From positions 391,928 through 455,927 of the forward strand of contig CASFKG010000001.1 in NCBI GenBank assembly GCA_949295325.1: DNA of 64,000 bases. The letters are read 5' to 3'. Source of the stretch: an uncultured bacterium (GTDB lineage: Bacteria > Bacillota_I > Bacilli_A > RFN20 > CAG-826). Under the pieces are notes generated by a model, which was not told the origin of the DNA, made no database searches, and saw nothing but the letters and a program-made list of their open reading frames with translations. Numbering within the stretch: position 1 is the stretch's first letter; each line of letters begins with the position of its first letter. A program made the position numbers and the translations under genes. Positions 22,505-33,261 of this stretch are shown piece after piece.

Positions 22505-24110
22505 AAGCAGACTAACCAAGGTACTTGGAATTTCGGCCCTCGGTCTCGGGGGTCTGCTGCTTTTGAGCGGCTGTACCGCCAATTTCTGCAGCGAACTCGA
22601 CCAGGCCAACATGCTCTACCCCTACGAACAGGGGGTGACCGTGTACTGCGACAAGGCAGATTTGCCGGAAGCCTATGCCGAATCTGCCTTCCCCGTTTTC
22701 GCCGGGAACGACACCCTATACGGGTATGTTCCTTACGACGAAGACGGGAATTTTTCCGCACCGGGTGCGGAATTTTTGGTAAATTCGGTCTTTAGCAACG
22801 CCATTAGCAACGGTCAGGAAATTCCAAGCGATACCTATTTCATTTCGATCGACCAGAAAACCGTGACGGTCGCCGCCGAAGCCTTTATCGCCGCCCACCC
22901 CGAAATCACCACGGAATCGGGAGAACCTCTGAGCCTAACCAACATCACCGCGGAATACATCACCGCCTACAACTACGACGAAAACGGCAACCAGACCACC
23001 CTTAAACCAGCCGAAGCCAGCGCTTTAAGGCAATTCGGCTACCTCAAATACTGGGGACCCGAGGACAACGCGGCCCTTTGGGCCTATTGGGATTCCTGGA
23101 CCGACGAGTTCCGCCTATCCGACCAACCGGGCTTGGGCTACCTCAACTGCCCCAGCAGCGCCTTCGAGAACACCTACAAGACGCTTGTACTGAACAACAT
23201 AGCCGCCGCCCGGTCCTGCATTGCCACCCAAGACGGTTATTTCGGCCATTACGGCCCGGATTCCAATTGGGAGGTCGCCATCGAAGGCAAGGACTGGGGT
23301 TATGCCTGGAGCAAGGGCTTCTTCGACGGCCTGATCGTTTACCCCGTCGCTTGGCTTACCGACACCATCGCCTATGCCATAGACCCGGTTATGAGCGGCA
23401 TTCCGCAGATCGTCGCTTTGATAATCGTCACGCTTATCGTCCGTGCCTTCATGGTATTGGTAAGTTTCCGTTCGACCATGAGCCAGCAGAAGATGCAGGC
23501 TTTGCAGCCGCAATTGGCCAAACTCCAGGCCAAATATCCCCACAGCAATGACAACAAGGCCCAGCAGGCCCGTTTGGCCCAGGAGCAGATGGCCTTATAC
23601 AAGCGGAACAAGATCAATCCGTTCTCCTCTTTGCTGGTGCTTGTTGTCCAATTCCCCCTGTTCATCTGCGTCTGGGGCGCCTTCCAAGGAAGTAGTGCCC
23701 TTTCTAGCGGCGCGGTACTAAACCTTAGCCTGAGCGACACGGTTTCCAGCGTCTTCTTCAATTTCACCGGCGGATGGTACGTTAATTCCACCGGCTGGTG
23801 GACGGCCCTGATACTCTTCCTGCTCATGGCTGCCGCCCAGATCGTGTCCATGCTGCTGCCGCAGTGGATCAACAACAAGAAGATGAAGAAGGTCGCGCGG
23901 CTTTCAAAGAACCCGGCCCAGGACCAGAACTCCAAACGTATGAAGTGGATCATGTACGGCATGATGATCTTCACCATCGTCATGGGCTTCTTCCTGCCCA
24001 GCGCCATGGCCGTCTACTGGTTTATCGGCGCTCTCATATCCATGGCCCAGACCGGCATAACCCAGGCCGTATTGGCGAAGCAAGACAAAAAGAAAAAGGA
24101 AAGAAGGTAA
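22497..24110 (+). CDS. yidC: membrane protein insertase YidC/Oxa1 family, lipoprotein-type with extended N-terminal extracytoplasmic domain
   Basis: Lipobox LLLSGC, a roughly 280-aa soluble N-terminal domain, then the conserved 5-TM YidC core and a basic C-terminal tail (KKKKERR). Confidence 0.9.
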   Translation: MNRSRLTKVLGISALGLGGLLLLSGCTANFCSELDQANMLYPYEQGVTVYCDKADLPEAYAESAFPVFAGNDTLYGYVPYDEDGNFSAPGAEFLVNSVFSNAISNGQEIPSDTYFISIDQKTVTVAAEAFIAAHPEITTESGEPLSLTNITAEYITAYNYDENGNQTTLKPAEASALRQFGYLKYWGPEDNAALWAYWDSWTDEFRLSDQPGLGYLNCPSSAFENTYKTLVLNNIAAARSCIATQDGYFGHYGPDSNWEVAIEGKDWGYAWSKGFFDGLIVYPVAWLTDTIAYAIDPVMSGIPQIVALIIVTLIVRAFMVLVSFRSTMSQQKMQALQPQLAKLQAKYPHSNDNKAQQARLAQEQMALYKRNKINPFSSLLVLVVQFPLFICVWGAFQGSSALSSGAVLNLSLSDTVSSVFFNFTGGWYVNSTGWWTALILFLLMAAAQIVSMLLPQWINNKKMKKVARLSKNPAQDQNSKRMKWIMYGMMIFTIVMGFFLPSAMAVYWFIGALISMAQTGITQAVLAKQDKKKKERR

Positions 24111-24114
24111 ACAC

Positions 24115-24714
24115 ATGAAAGAATTTTCCGGGAAAACCCTCGAGGAAGCGCTCGAAACCGCTTCGAACGAAACAGGCACGCCAGTCGGCGGGCTGGTCTA
24201 CCGCGTCACCGAGGAAAAGAAGAGCCTCTTCTCCAAGAAGGTGACCATCGAGGTGAGCGACATCAACGATGCCACCGAATATGCCGAGGACTACCTCCGC
24301 AAGGCCGTCGGCGGCATGGGCGTCGACCTCGAATTCGCCGAGACCATCGAAGACGATGTTATCCGCATCACGCTGAATTCGCCCCGCAACCCGATATTGA
24401 TCGGCAAGAACGGGCGGACCCTCCAGGCCCTCAACGAGCTCACCAAACTCGCCGTTTCCAATCGTTTCCACCACCGCTACAGGGTTTTGCTGGACGTCAA
24501 CGGCTACAAAGAGGACAAATATTCCCGCATCGCCTATATGGCCCGCAAGACGGCACAGGAGGTCCTCAGGACCAGGCTTGATGCCAAACTCGAGCCGATG
24601 ACCCCCGACGAGAGACGCGTGGTCCACAACACCTTGTCCAACGCGGCCAATATCAAGACCGAATCGGTGGGCGAAGGCAAGGACAGGGCCGTCGTAATCA
24701 AGTACGTCGACTAG
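24115..24714 (+). CDS. jag: Jag/KhpB RNA-binding protein (KH and R3H domains)
   Basis: 199 aa with a KH-like central region and a C-terminal R3H-like region, in the conserved position after yidC. Confidence 0.85.
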   Translation: MKEFSGKTLEEALETASNETGTPVGGLVYRVTEEKKSLFSKKVTIEVSDINDATEYAEDYLRKAVGGMGVDLEFAETIEDDVIRITLNSPRNPILIGKNGRTLQALNELTKLAVSNRFHHRYRVLLDVNGYKEDKYSRIAYMARKTAQEVLRTRLDAKLEPMTPDERRVVHNTLSNAANIKTESVGEGKDRAVVIKYVD

Positions 24715-24768
24715 CGCAATTCAAACAAAGGCGGGGCAACCCGCCTTTTCCTTCCTTATACTTCTAGC

Positions 24769-26085
24769 ATGAACAGTTTCATCTACGCCCCGGCCACCCC
24801 GCCCATCGTAAGTGCCCTTTCGATAATCCGCCTGTCCGGAAGCGGCGTTTTCGGCGCGCTGGGAAAGTGTTTTTCCAAACCTTTGGGAGCGGTGGCGAAA
24901 AGAGGTATCTACGTCGGCTACATAAAAGACGGGGATAGGGAAATAGACCAGGTGGTTTTGCTGCTCTACAAGGCCCCGCGCTCCTACACCGGCGAGGACA
25001 TGGCCGAGATCATCTGCCATGGATCTCCTTTGCTCGTTGGCGAAATATGCGGCCTCCTTGAAGTGCTGGGGGGAAGACTTGCCGAACGCGGGGAATTCAC
25101 CTCGCTTGCCTACTATAACGGCAAGATAGACCTCGTGCAGGCCGAAGCCGTCAACGACCTCATAAATGCAAGGACGGAAGGCGCGGCCGAGCTCGCTATA
25201 AAAAGCGTCAAGGGCGAAGCTTCCGCCTTGGCAAAATCGCTCAGGGACAAAACGGCCGAGCTGCTTGCCTCTCTCGAGGTCGGCATAGACTACCCCGAGT
25301 ATGAGGACATCGCCAAGACGGAGACCGAAGACGTGGCTGCCAAATGCGGAGAAATCCTCAAGGAACTAGAAGGCTTGATAGCCGGATCAAAAGGCGCCCA
25401 TTACGTTTCCAACGGCATCAACGTCGCTCTTGTCGGGGCACCGAATGTCGGCAAATCGTCCTTGCTCAACGCGATTTTGGGCAAGGACAAGGCAATCGTG
25501 AGCGATACCCCGGGCACTACGCGCGATATCGTGGAAGGAGAAAGGGCCGTTGCGGGGATTTTGTATCGTTTCTACGATACCGCCGGTCTTCGCAAGGGTG
25601 AAGGCGAAATCGAAGAAAAAGGCATCGGCAAGAGCCTCGAGGCCATAAAAGACGCGGATATCGTGATACACGTAATCGATGCTTCCGGAAAGATAAAAGA
25701 CCCCTATGTGGACCTTTCCGGGAAGGAGCATATCGAGGTATACAACAAGTCGGATTTGCTCGAAGAGGAGGAGCCAGGGAAACTATACATAAGCGCCCTA
25801 AGGGGAAACGTGGAACCTTTGCTCGAAGAGATAGGCAAGCGCCTTGGCCTGAAAGGGGCGGACAAAATCGGGGCGAGCCTTTATAGCGCCCGCCAGATTG
25901 CCCTGCTCGATAAAGCCAGGGAACGCCTTGAACAGGCCCTGGAACTCGCAAAAGGGAACGAACCGGTGGACATAATCTCCTCGGTCGTGTTTTCCGCCTA
26001 CAACGACTTCCGCGAACTGCTCGGGGAAGGGGCAACGGATGATTTGAGCGACGAGATATTCTCGCGCTTCTGCGTAGGTAAATAG
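24769..26085 (+). CDS. mnmE: tRNA modification GTPase MnmE
   Basis: G-domain motifs [12 protein letters not shown] and DTAG, with a C-terminal ...CVGK tail. 438 aa. Confidence 0.92.
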   Translation: MNSFIYAPATPPIVSALSIIRLSGSGVFGALGKCFSKPLGAVAKRGIYVGYIKDGDREIDQVVLLLYKAPRSYTGEDMAEIICHGSPLLVGEICGLLEVLGGRLAERGEFTSLAYYNGKIDLVQAEAVNDLINARTEGAAELAIKSVKGEASALAKSLRDKTAELLASLEVGIDYPEYEDIAKTETEDVAAKCGEILKELEGLIAGSKGAHYVSNGINVALVGAPNVGKSSLLNAILGKDKAIVSDTPGTTRDIVEGERAVAGILYRFYDTAGLRKGEGEIEEKGIGKSLEAIKDADIVIHVIDASGKIKDPYVDLSGKEHIEVYNKSDLLEEEEPGKLYISALRGNVEPLLEEIGKRLGLKGADKIGASLYSARQIALLDKARERLEQALELAKGNEPVDIISSVVFSAYNDFRELLGEGATDDLSDEIFSRFCVGK

Positions 26086-26086
26086 G

Positions 26087-26857
26087 ATGATCGACAGCCA
26101 CTGCCATTTAAACGACGAAGCCCTATACGGAGAAAGGGCCGCTATCGTGGGCAAGGCCCTCGATGTCGGGGTCCGTGCCCTTTTGTGCGTTGGCTACGAC
26201 CTCGACAGTTCTTCCAAGGCGGTAAGGATAGCCCATGAATTCCCCAACGTCTATGCGGCGGTCGGCTACCAGCCCGAGAACATAGAAGGGGTGGATATCT
26301 CCGCCCTTTCGGAGATAAAAAGGCTAGCCGCAGACGATAGGGTCGTCGCCATCGGGGAAATAGGTCTCGATTACCATTGGTTCAAAAAGGAAGAAGCCGG
26401 GGAAAGGCAAAAGGAATTTCTCGTCGCCCAGCTGGATATGGCCAATAGGTTGGGGCTTCCGGTAAGCATCCATTGCAGGGATGCCATAGGCGATTTATTC
26501 GAAATCGTTTCCAAATTCTCTATTAAAAATAAAGCCGTGCTCCACTGCTATGGGGGGTCCCCGGAGATGATGATGAGATTCGCCAAGCTCGGTTGTTATT
26601 TCGGCTTCGGTGGAGTCACCACGTTCAAAAACGCCAGGATTCCGAAAGAAAGCGCGGCCGCCTGCCCCGCTGACAGGCTGCTTTTGGAAACGGACGCACC
26701 CTACCTCGCCCCCGCCCCGTTTAGAGGCAAAAGAAACGAACCCGCGTATATCCCCTATATCCTAAAGGAAATCGCAACGCTTCGCGGCGAGGACGAAAAA
26801 GAGCTCGAACGCCAGACCGACCTAAACTTCCAAAACCTATTCCACGTGAAACTATGA
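26087..26857 (+). CDS. tatD: TatD-family metal-dependent DNase/hydrolase
   Basis: MIDSHCHLND start and a TIM-barrel metal-dependent hydrolase pattern. 256 aa. Confidence 0.9.
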   Translation: MIDSHCHLNDEALYGERAAIVGKALDVGVRALLCVGYDLDSSSKAVRIAHEFPNVYAAVGYQPENIEGVDISALSEIKRLAADDRVVAIGEIGLDYHWFKKEEAGERQKEFLVAQLDMANRLGLPVSIHCRDAIGDLFEIVSKFSIKNKAVLHCYGGSPEMMMRFAKLGCYFGFGGVTTFKNARIPKESAAACPADRLLLETDAPYLAPAPFRGKRNEPAYIPYILKEIATLRGEDEKELERQTDLNFQNLFHVKL

Positions 26858-27399
26858 ACAAAAGAAAATTCGATGGCATTCTAGTAGTTGAAGGCAAGAC
26901 AGACCGTGAGTTTTTGTCCTCTTTTTTAGAAGGCGAAATCATAACGACAAACGGGTCAGAAGTTCCACGTGAAACAATAGAATACCTGAAAACTTCTTCT
27001 CGTAGCAAACCCATTATCGTGCTAACCGACCCCGATTTCCCGGGATTGAGGATCCGCAAACTCATCGAAAGCGAAATCCCGGGGGCAATCCACGCCCATA
27101 TGGATAGGAGCAAGTGCATCGGCAGACACAAACTCGGGGTGGCGGAATCATCTCAGGAAGCGGTTTTGGAAGCTTTGGACAAGATGCTTCCCGCTCCTGG
27201 AGGAAAGTCTTTTACCGATGTATGTTATTCCGATTTGCTCGCTTTGGGACTAGCCGGATCGCCATCAAGCAAGGATAAACGTATTAAAATAATGGACAAG
27301 ATGGGGTTGGGCTACGGCAACGCCAAGACGATGTTAAGCCGGCTAGCGCATAACCGCATAATGCTGGATAAACTAAAGGAGGCCGCCGATGAACTCTGA
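26854..27399 (+). CDS. rnmV: ribonuclease M5 (Toprim domain)
   Basis: N-terminal Toprim ...ILVVEGKTDREFL.... 181 aa, in the conserved tatD-rnmV-ksgA order. Confidence 0.85.
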   Translation: MNKRKFDGILVVEGKTDREFLSSFLEGEIITTNGSEVPRETIEYLKTSSRSKPIIVLTDPDFPGLRIRKLIESEIPGAIHAHMDRSKCIGRHKLGVAESSQEAVLEALDKMLPAPGGKSFTDVCYSDLLALGLAGSPSSKDKRIKIMDKMGLGYGNAKTMLSRLAHNRIMLDKLKEAADEL

Positions 27400-28192
27400 A
27401 AACTACTTCGAAGGGATTAGGCAATACAAACTCCTTGCCAAGCGGGAAGTAGGCCAGAACTTCTTGGCCAACCCGGTGCTTGCCTCCAAGGTTGTGGACC
27501 TACTGGGCGGCGATACTTCGGGAAAGGTTTTGGAAATCGGTTCGGGTGCGGGATCTCTCACCTACTTTCTAATCGAAAGGGGCTTCCGCGGCAAGGCCAT
27601 AGACATCGACGAAGGCCTGGTTGCCAAACTCAGCAACGATTTCCCCCACAACGACTCCATCGAGATAGTCCGTTCGAATGCCTTGGAAGAAGACATGTCG
27701 GGCTATGCCTACATCATAGGCAACCTGCCCTACTACATAACATCGGCCATCCTCGAAAGATGCCTATTGGAAACCAAATCGGCTTCCAAGGCGGTTTTCA
27801 TGGTCCAAAAGGAAGCCTACGAAAGGATAACCGCGAAACCCGGCAGCAAGGATTATTCTCCCTTGGGCATCGTTTTCGGGCTCGTCGGCAAGGCCAAGAA
27901 AGAATTTTCCGTGTCGCCGTCGAATTTCGTCCCCGCGCCGCACGTGGACTCCCTCGTTTTCTCCTATTCATATAGCCAAGGCAGGGATTTGGAATTCTAT
28001 TCCGAGTTCTACGATTTCCTGAAGGCCGCCTTCTCGCTCAGGAGGAAGACCATCGCGAATTCCCTGTCGAGGAAATACGGGGGAAAAGCCCTCGGCGATG
28101 CGCTGAAGGACCTCTGTTTGGAAAAGGCCAGGGCGGAATCACTAGACGTCCAAACCCTCCTTCGGCTTTTCCTTAGACTAAGGAAAAACTGA
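27389..28192 (+). CDS. rsmA: 16S rRNA (adenine1518/1519-N6) dimethyltransferase
   Basis: SAM-binding motif VLEIGSGAGSLT and conserved NLPY motif. 267 aa. Confidence 0.9.
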   Translation: MNSENYFEGIRQYKLLAKREVGQNFLANPVLASKVVDLLGGDTSGKVLEIGSGAGSLTYFLIERGFRGKAIDIDEGLVAKLSNDFPHNDSIEIVRSNALEEDMSGYAYIIGNLPYYITSAILERCLLETKSASKAVFMVQKEAYERITAKPGSKDYSPLGIVFGLVGKAKKEFSVSPSNFVPAPHVDSLVFSYSYSQGRDLEFYSEFYDFLKAAFSLRRKTIANSLSRKYGGKALGDALKDLCLEKARAESLDVQTLLRLFLRLRKN

Positions 28193-28241
28193 CAAATCGT
28201 TCTTCTATAACGGAGGCAAACCGCTAATAATAGACTGAGCC

Positions 28242-29093
28242 ATGATAGTCAAATCGTTCGGGAAGATTAATCTAAGCCTCTCCGTCAAGGGAGTTAAGGA
28301 TGATGGCTACCACCTTCTTGAGATGGTGAATCTCCCCATTGAACTCCACGACACAATCGAAATCACCTCCTCCCCCTATCTGCAGGATAGTTTCGTCACC
28401 TGCGACGATGCCCACCTGAATGCCCTGCACCACAACCTTTGCAGCAAAGCCCTCGAGGCCATGCGTGCCAAGTACGGCTTCAAGGAAAACTTCCTCATCC
28501 ACATACACAAGGAAATCCCCTTCGCCGCCGGATTGGGCGGAGGATCGAGCAACGCCGCCGCGGTGATGCTCGCCGTCGCCAAAATGCTCAAGCTCAAGGC
28601 CGACATCAAGGATTTGACGGAAATCGGCGCCTCGATCGGTGCCGACGTCCCCTATTTCCTGGCTTCTTCTCCGGCCTATCTGACCGGAATCGGCGAAAAC
28701 GTCCGTCCGCTTAAGGCCAAGGACTCCTACGAAGTGCTTTTGATAAAGCCCGAAAAAGGACTTAGCACCAAGGAAGTCTATGCCATCTGCGATAAATACG
28801 GCCGCTTGGACATCCATACAGAAAAGGTCATCGAAGGCCTGGAAAAAGGCGACACCGACCTAATCGTCAAAAACGCCGGAAACGACCTGACCTCCGCGGC
28901 CATAGAGCTATTGCCCGAAATCGACACGGTCATCGAGGAACTGAAGTCGGACGGCGCCTTCTTCTACGTCGCCATGACGGGGTCCGGATCGTCCGTCTAC
29001 GGACTTACCAAAGACGCCCGCCGGGCGCGTGAAGCCTTCAGGCGCTTCGACAAGAAGGGCTACAACGTTTATTTGACGAGGACCATGAGATGA
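28242..29093 (+). CDS. ispE: 4-diphosphocytidyl-2-C-methyl-D-erythritol kinase
   Basis: GHMP kinase with start MIVKSFGKINLSL and glycine-rich PFAAGLGGGSSNAAA motif. Confidence 0.9.
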   Translation: MIVKSFGKINLSLSVKGVKDDGYHLLEMVNLPIELHDTIEITSSPYLQDSFVTCDDAHLNALHHNLCSKALEAMRAKYGFKENFLIHIHKEIPFAAGLGGGSSNAAAVMLAVAKMLKLKADIKDLTEIGASIGADVPYFLASSPAYLTGIGENVRPLKAKDSYEVLLIKPEKGLSTKEVYAICDKYGRLDIHTEKVIEGLEKGDTDLIVKNAGNDLTSAAIELLPEIDTVIEELKSDGAFFYVAMTGSGSSVYGLTKDARRAREAFRRFDKKGYNVYLTRTMR

Positions 29094-30487
29094 ACAGATA
29101 CGCAATCGTTTTGGCGGCCGGGAAAGGCAGCCGCATGAAAAGCCTCAGGGACGATATATCGAAGGTCAGCTACCCCATATTGAAGGTGCCCCTTGTCGAT
29201 TATGTCCTCAGGAGTCTCAAACCCCTTGGGCTCAGCCGCGTCATAACCGTCCTCGGCTTCGGCGGGGAAACATCCGAGAAGATTGTCGAAGGCAAGGCGG
29301 AAGTCGTTTGGCAAAGGGAACAGAAAGGCACCGGCCACGCGATAATGCAGGCTTCTCCGCTGCTGGGGGGTTTGGAAGGCTCCACCATAATCTGCTGCGG
29401 AGATACGCCACTATTAACGACGCAAACCCTGGATGATTTATTGAAAAAACACGAGGATTCGCATAACGATTTGACGATTCTCACCGGTATTTTGGATGAT
29501 CCCCGCGGCTATGGGAGAATAATCGAAAACGGCGGAGGGCGGGTCGTTGCCATCCGCGAGCAGAAGGACTGCTCGGAGGAAGAAAACGGAATCCGCAAGA
29601 TAAACGCCGGCGTATACGTCTTCGACAACAGGCTCCTCTTCGAATGCCTGCCGCTTCTGAAGCCGGGAAACAAAGCCAAGGAATACTACCTGACCGACCT
29701 CGTCGGCATCTTCAACGAAAAAGGCTATAGGGTCGGCGCGATGGTATGCGAGGACTTCGACGAAACGTTGGGGGTCAACGACCGCGTCCAGCTCGCCGCC
29801 GCGGCGAAGATTATCCGCGGGCGCATCAACCGTGCCCTCATGCTAAGCGGCGTCTCCATAGAGGATCCGGAGAATACCTATATCGGCCCGGACGTCGAAA
29901 TCGGCCCGGACACCGTTATCGCCCCCGGCACCCATATCTACGGGCATACGAAGATCGGATGCGGGAACCACATCGGACCCTCGACCTATCTCGAAAACAC
30001 GGCAATCGGCAACGACAACGTCATCGAATTTTGCCATATTACCGATAGCGAAGTCTTCAACCACACGACGCTCGGCCCCTATTTCCGGGCCCGCAAGGGC
30101 GTGAAGGTCCGCGACGGCGCCCACATAGGAAACTTCAATGAAATGAAAAACGTCGACTTCGGCGAAGGCAGCAAGTGTGCCCATCTTAGCTATCTCGGCG
30201 ATTCCGACATAGGCAAAAACGTCAATGTCGGCTGCGGAACGATCGTCGCCAACTACGACGGTGTGAACAAATTTCACTCCAAGGTCGACGACAATGCCTT
30301 CATCGGTTCCGGCACCATCCTCATCTCCCCCGTGCACATGGGGAAAGGAAGCCTATCCGCCGCCGGAAGCACTATTACCAAGGACATAGAGGAAGATTCG
30401 ATGGGAATCGCCCGCGGCAGGCAGGAAAACAAGCCCGGTTATGCCATAACCTACCACCGAAAGGCTTTGGACAAAAAAGGCAGATAA
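29090..30487 (+). CDS. glmU: bifunctional UDP-N-acetylglucosamine pyrophosphorylase/glucosamine-1-phosphate N-acetyltransferase
   Basis: N-terminal LAAGKGSRMKS nucleotidyltransferase motif and C-terminal left-handed beta-helix hexapeptide repeats. 465 aa. Confidence 0.93.
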   Translation: MNRYAIVLAAGKGSRMKSLRDDISKVSYPILKVPLVDYVLRSLKPLGLSRVITVLGFGGETSEKIVEGKAEVVWQREQKGTGHAIMQASPLLGGLEGSTIICCGDTPLLTTQTLDDLLKKHEDSHNDLTILTGILDDPRGYGRIIENGGGRVVAIREQKDCSEEENGIRKINAGVYVFDNRLLFECLPLLKPGNKAKEYYLTDLVGIFNEKGYRVGAMVCEDFDETLGVNDRVQLAAAAKIIRGRINRALMLSGVSIEDPENTYIGPDVEIGPDTVIAPGTHIYGHTKIGCGNHIGPSTYLENTAIGNDNVIEFCHITDSEVFNHTTLGPYFRARKGVKVRDGAHIGNFNEMKNVDFGEGSKCAHLSYLGDSDIGKNVNVGCGTIVANYDGVNKFHSKVDDNAFIGSGTILISPVHMGKGSLSAAGSTITKDIEEDSMGIARGRQENKPGYAITYHRKALDKKGR

Positions 30488-30504
30488 ATCATTTTCCACC
30501 GAAG

Positions 30505-30531
30505 AAACGCACGAGCGACGTGCGTTTTTTC
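30505..30531 (+). terminator. Rho-independent terminator of glmU
   Basis: Hairpin ACGCACG-agcga-CGTGCGT followed by TTTTTT. Confidence 0.55.
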
Positions 30532-30541
30532 ATATAAAAAA

Positions 30542-30570
30542 GCCAGCCCGTGGAAGGGCTGGCCCGAAGC
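30542..30570 (-). terminator. Rho-independent terminator of ppdK
   Basis: Hairpin GCCAGCCC-gtggaa-GGGCTGGC with a T-run on the minus strand (plus-strand AAAAAA at 30536-30541). Confidence 0.55.
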
Positions 30571-30576
30571 GTTAAT

Positions 30577-33261
30577 CTACTTCTTGATGATGTAGGTCTT
30601 CTTGACGTCCTTAACGGCCTTTTCCCTCTCGTGGAGGATATTGGCCTGGGCCGCGGCGAGGCGGGCGACAGGGACGCGGAAGGGCGAGCAGGAGACGTAA
30701 TCGAGTCCGACCTTGTCGTAGAACGTGATGGATGCCGGATCGCCGCCGGTTTCGCCACAGACGCCAACGGTGAGGTTGGGATTGGTGGCACGGCCGCGTT
30801 CGAAGGCGATCTTCACCAGTTCGCCGACGCCTTTGACGTCGATGGTCTGGAACGGATCGAATTCGTAGATCTTCTTGTCGTAGTAGTAACCGAGGAACTG
30901 TTGGGCATCGTCACGGCTGAAGCCCATGGTAAGCTGGGTCAGGTCGTTGGTGCCGAAGCTGAAGAATTCGGCTTCCTGGGCGATTTCGCCGGCCATGAGG
31001 GCGCCCCGCGGGACTTCGATCATCGTACCGACGTGGTACTTCATGTGGCTGCCGGCCTTGGCGATTTCGCCGTCGACGGCTTCGGTCACGATGTTCTTGA
31101 CGTAGCGGAACTCCTTGATCTCTTCGGTCAAAGGAATCATGATTTCCGGCTCGACGGGCTGCCCGAGGTCCTTTTCGGCCTTGAGGGCGGCTTGCGCGAT
31201 GGCGGTGGCCTGCATCCGGTAGATTTCCGGATAGGCAACGGCCAGACGGCATCCGCGGAAGCCCATCATCGGGTTCATCTGGATAAGGGAAGTAATCCTG
31301 TCGCGGACTTTCTGCTCGGTGACTCCGAGGTCATGGGCGATTTCCTTGATCTTGTCGGTTTCGGCAAGCGAAGGAAGGAACTCGTGCAAAGGCGGATCCA
31401 GCAAACGGATGCAGACATGGCTGCCCGGATTTGCCATATACATCTTGTAGAAGTCCTCGACCTGGTAAGGACGGAGCTTCTCAAGGGCGGCAACCCTCTG
31501 TTCGGTGGTATCGCTTAGGATCATCGCGCGCATATGGAGTATGCGGTCGGTGCCGAAGAACATGCGTTCGGTACGGCAGAGGCCGATGCCTTCCGCGCCG
31601 AAATTGTTGCCGACGTCGGCATCGGTCGGGGTGTTGGCGTTCACGCGGATCTTGAGGCGGCGGTACTTGTCGGCCCAATCCATCATGCGTCCGAAGTCTC
31701 CGCTCAAGGAGGCATCGATCATCTTGATGGAGCCTTCGTAGATGTTCCCGGTGGAACCGTCGACGGAGACGATGTCGCCGTCATGGAATACCTTGTCGCC
31801 GACGGTGAGAGTCTTCTTCTCTTCGTCGATAAGGGCGTTGGAGCAGCCGACGACGCAGCACTTGCCCATGCTACGGGCAACGACCGCGGCGTGGGAGGTC
31901 ATGCCGCCACGCTGGGTGATGATGGCTTCGGCGTTGACCATGCCGATGATGTCTTCGGGGCTGGTTTCCGCACGGGCCAATACCACGTTGACCTTGCTAT
32001 CCTTCCTGGCTTTCGCCTCTTGGGCGGTGAATACCAAAGCGCCGGTTCCGGCACCCGGTGATGCGGGTAGACCGGTAAGGAACGGGGTGTGCTTCTTTTC
32101 GTCCTCGGCGTCGAAGGTCGGGTGAAGCAGATCGTTTAGCTGCTTGGGTTCGACGCGGAGGCAGGCTTCCTTCTCGTCGATCAGGCCTTCGTCGACCAAA
32201 TCGCAGGCAATCTTGAGGGCCGCCCTGGCGGTACGCTTGCCGTTACGGGTCTGCAGGAAGTAAAGTTTGCCGTCTTCGATGGTGTACTCCATGTCCTGCA
32301 TGTCCTTGTAGTGATGTTCCATCGATTTGATGGTTTCAAGGAACTGTTTGTAGACATCCGGCATGAGCTTGTTCAGCTCGTCGATGTGCATCGGGGTGCG
32401 GACGCCGGCAACGACGTCTTCGCCTTGGGCATTGAGTAGGAATTCGGCATAGACCTTGTTTTCGCCGGTCGAGGGGTTGCGTGAGAAGGCAACGCCGGTG
32501 CCGGAACGTTCATTGAGGTTTCCGAAGACCATGGATTGGACGTTGACGGCGGTGCCCCATTCGTAGGGGATGCCGTTCATCTTGCGGTAGACGTTGGCAC
32601 GTTCGTTGTCCCAGCTGCGGAACACGGCGGCAACGGCTTCGCGGAGCTGAACGTAGGGATCGGTCGGGAATTCCTCGCCGACGGTCTTCAGATAATAGGC
32701 CTTGTACTTTTTGACTAGTTCCTTGAGGTCTTCGGCTGGGACCTCGTAGTCCATCTTGTAGCCCTTCTTTTCCTTGAGTTCATCTAGCATCGCGTCCATT
32801 TCGGTACGGGGGAATCCCTTGGCGATGTTAGTGAACATCAAGATGAAGCGGCGGTAGGAGTCGTAGGCAAACCTGGCATTGTTGGTTTCCGAGGCCAGCA
32901 CTTCGACCGTTTTGTCGTTCAAGCCGAGGTTCAATATGGTATCCATCATGCCCGGCATGGAGATGCGGGCGCCGGAACGGACCGACACCAGCAAGGGACG
33001 GTGGTCCCCGCCGAAGGTCTTTCCGGTTTTCTTCTCAACCTCGTGGATGTGAGCGACAATGTCGTTCCAGACAAAGTCCGGGATGTTCTTGCCGGACTTG
33101 TAGTAGAGCGTGCAGGCAGCGGTGGTGACGGTAAATCCAGGGGGGATGGGCACCCCGATGGAGGTCATCTCGCTGAGTCCAGCGCCTTTGCCCCCGAGAA
33201 GGTCCTTGCCGAGTTTGGCTTCATGGCCTTCTTCGAAGGAGTAGACGTATTTTTCTTCCAT
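30577..33261 (-). CDS. ppdK: pyruvate, phosphate dikinase
   Basis: 894 aa with an N-terminal ATP-grasp GGKGAGL..., a central phosphohistidine domain and a C-terminal PEP-utilising TIM barrel. Confidence 0.95.
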   Translation of the reverse strand: MEEKYVYSFEEGHEAKLGKDLLGGKGAGLSEMTSIGVPIPPGFTVTTAACTLYYKSGKNIPDFVWNDIVAHIHEVEKKTGKTFGGDHRPLLVSVRSGARISMPGMMDTILNLGLNDKTVEVLASETNNARFAYDSYRRFILMFTNIAKGFPRTEMDAMLDELKEKKGYKMDYEVPAEDLKELVKKYKAYYLKTVGEEFPTDPYVQLREAVAAVFRSWDNERANVYRKMNGIPYEWGTAVNVQSMVFGNLNERSGTGVAFSRNPSTGENKVYAEFLLNAQGEDVVAGVRTPMHIDELNKLMPDVYKQFLETIKSMEHHYKDMQDMEYTIEDGKLYFLQTRNGKRTARAALKIACDLVDEGLIDEKEACLRVEPKQLNDLLHPTFDAEDEKKHTPFLTGLPASPGAGTGALVFTAQEAKARKDSKVNVVLARAETSPEDIIGMVNAEAIITQRGGMTSHAAVVARSMGKCCVVGCSNALIDEEKKTLTVGDKVFHDGDIVSVDGSTGNIYEGSIKMIDASLSGDFGRMMDWADKYRRLKIRVNANTPTDADVGNNFGAEGIGLCRTERMFFGTDRILHMRAMILSDTTEQRVAALEKLRPYQVEDFYKMYMANPGSHVCIRLLDPPLHEFLPSLAETDKIKEIAHDLGVTEQKVRDRITSLIQMNPMMGFRGCRLAVAYPEIYRMQATAIAQAALKAEKDLGQPVEPEIMIPLTEEIKEFRYVKNIVTEAVDGEIAKAGSHMKYHVGTMIEVPRGALMAGEIAQEAEFFSFGTNDLTQLTMGFSRDDAQQFLGYYYDKKIYEFDPFQTIDVKGVGELVKIAFERGRATNPNLTVGVCGETGGDPASITFYDKVGLDYVSCSPFRVPVARLAAAQANILHEREKAVKDVKKTYIIKK

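Noticed and set aside
30550-31518. 322-aa plus-strand ORF inside ppdK
   Set aside because: Antisense to the conserved PEP-utilising domain of ppdK. No RBS, and it begins inside the terminator hairpins.
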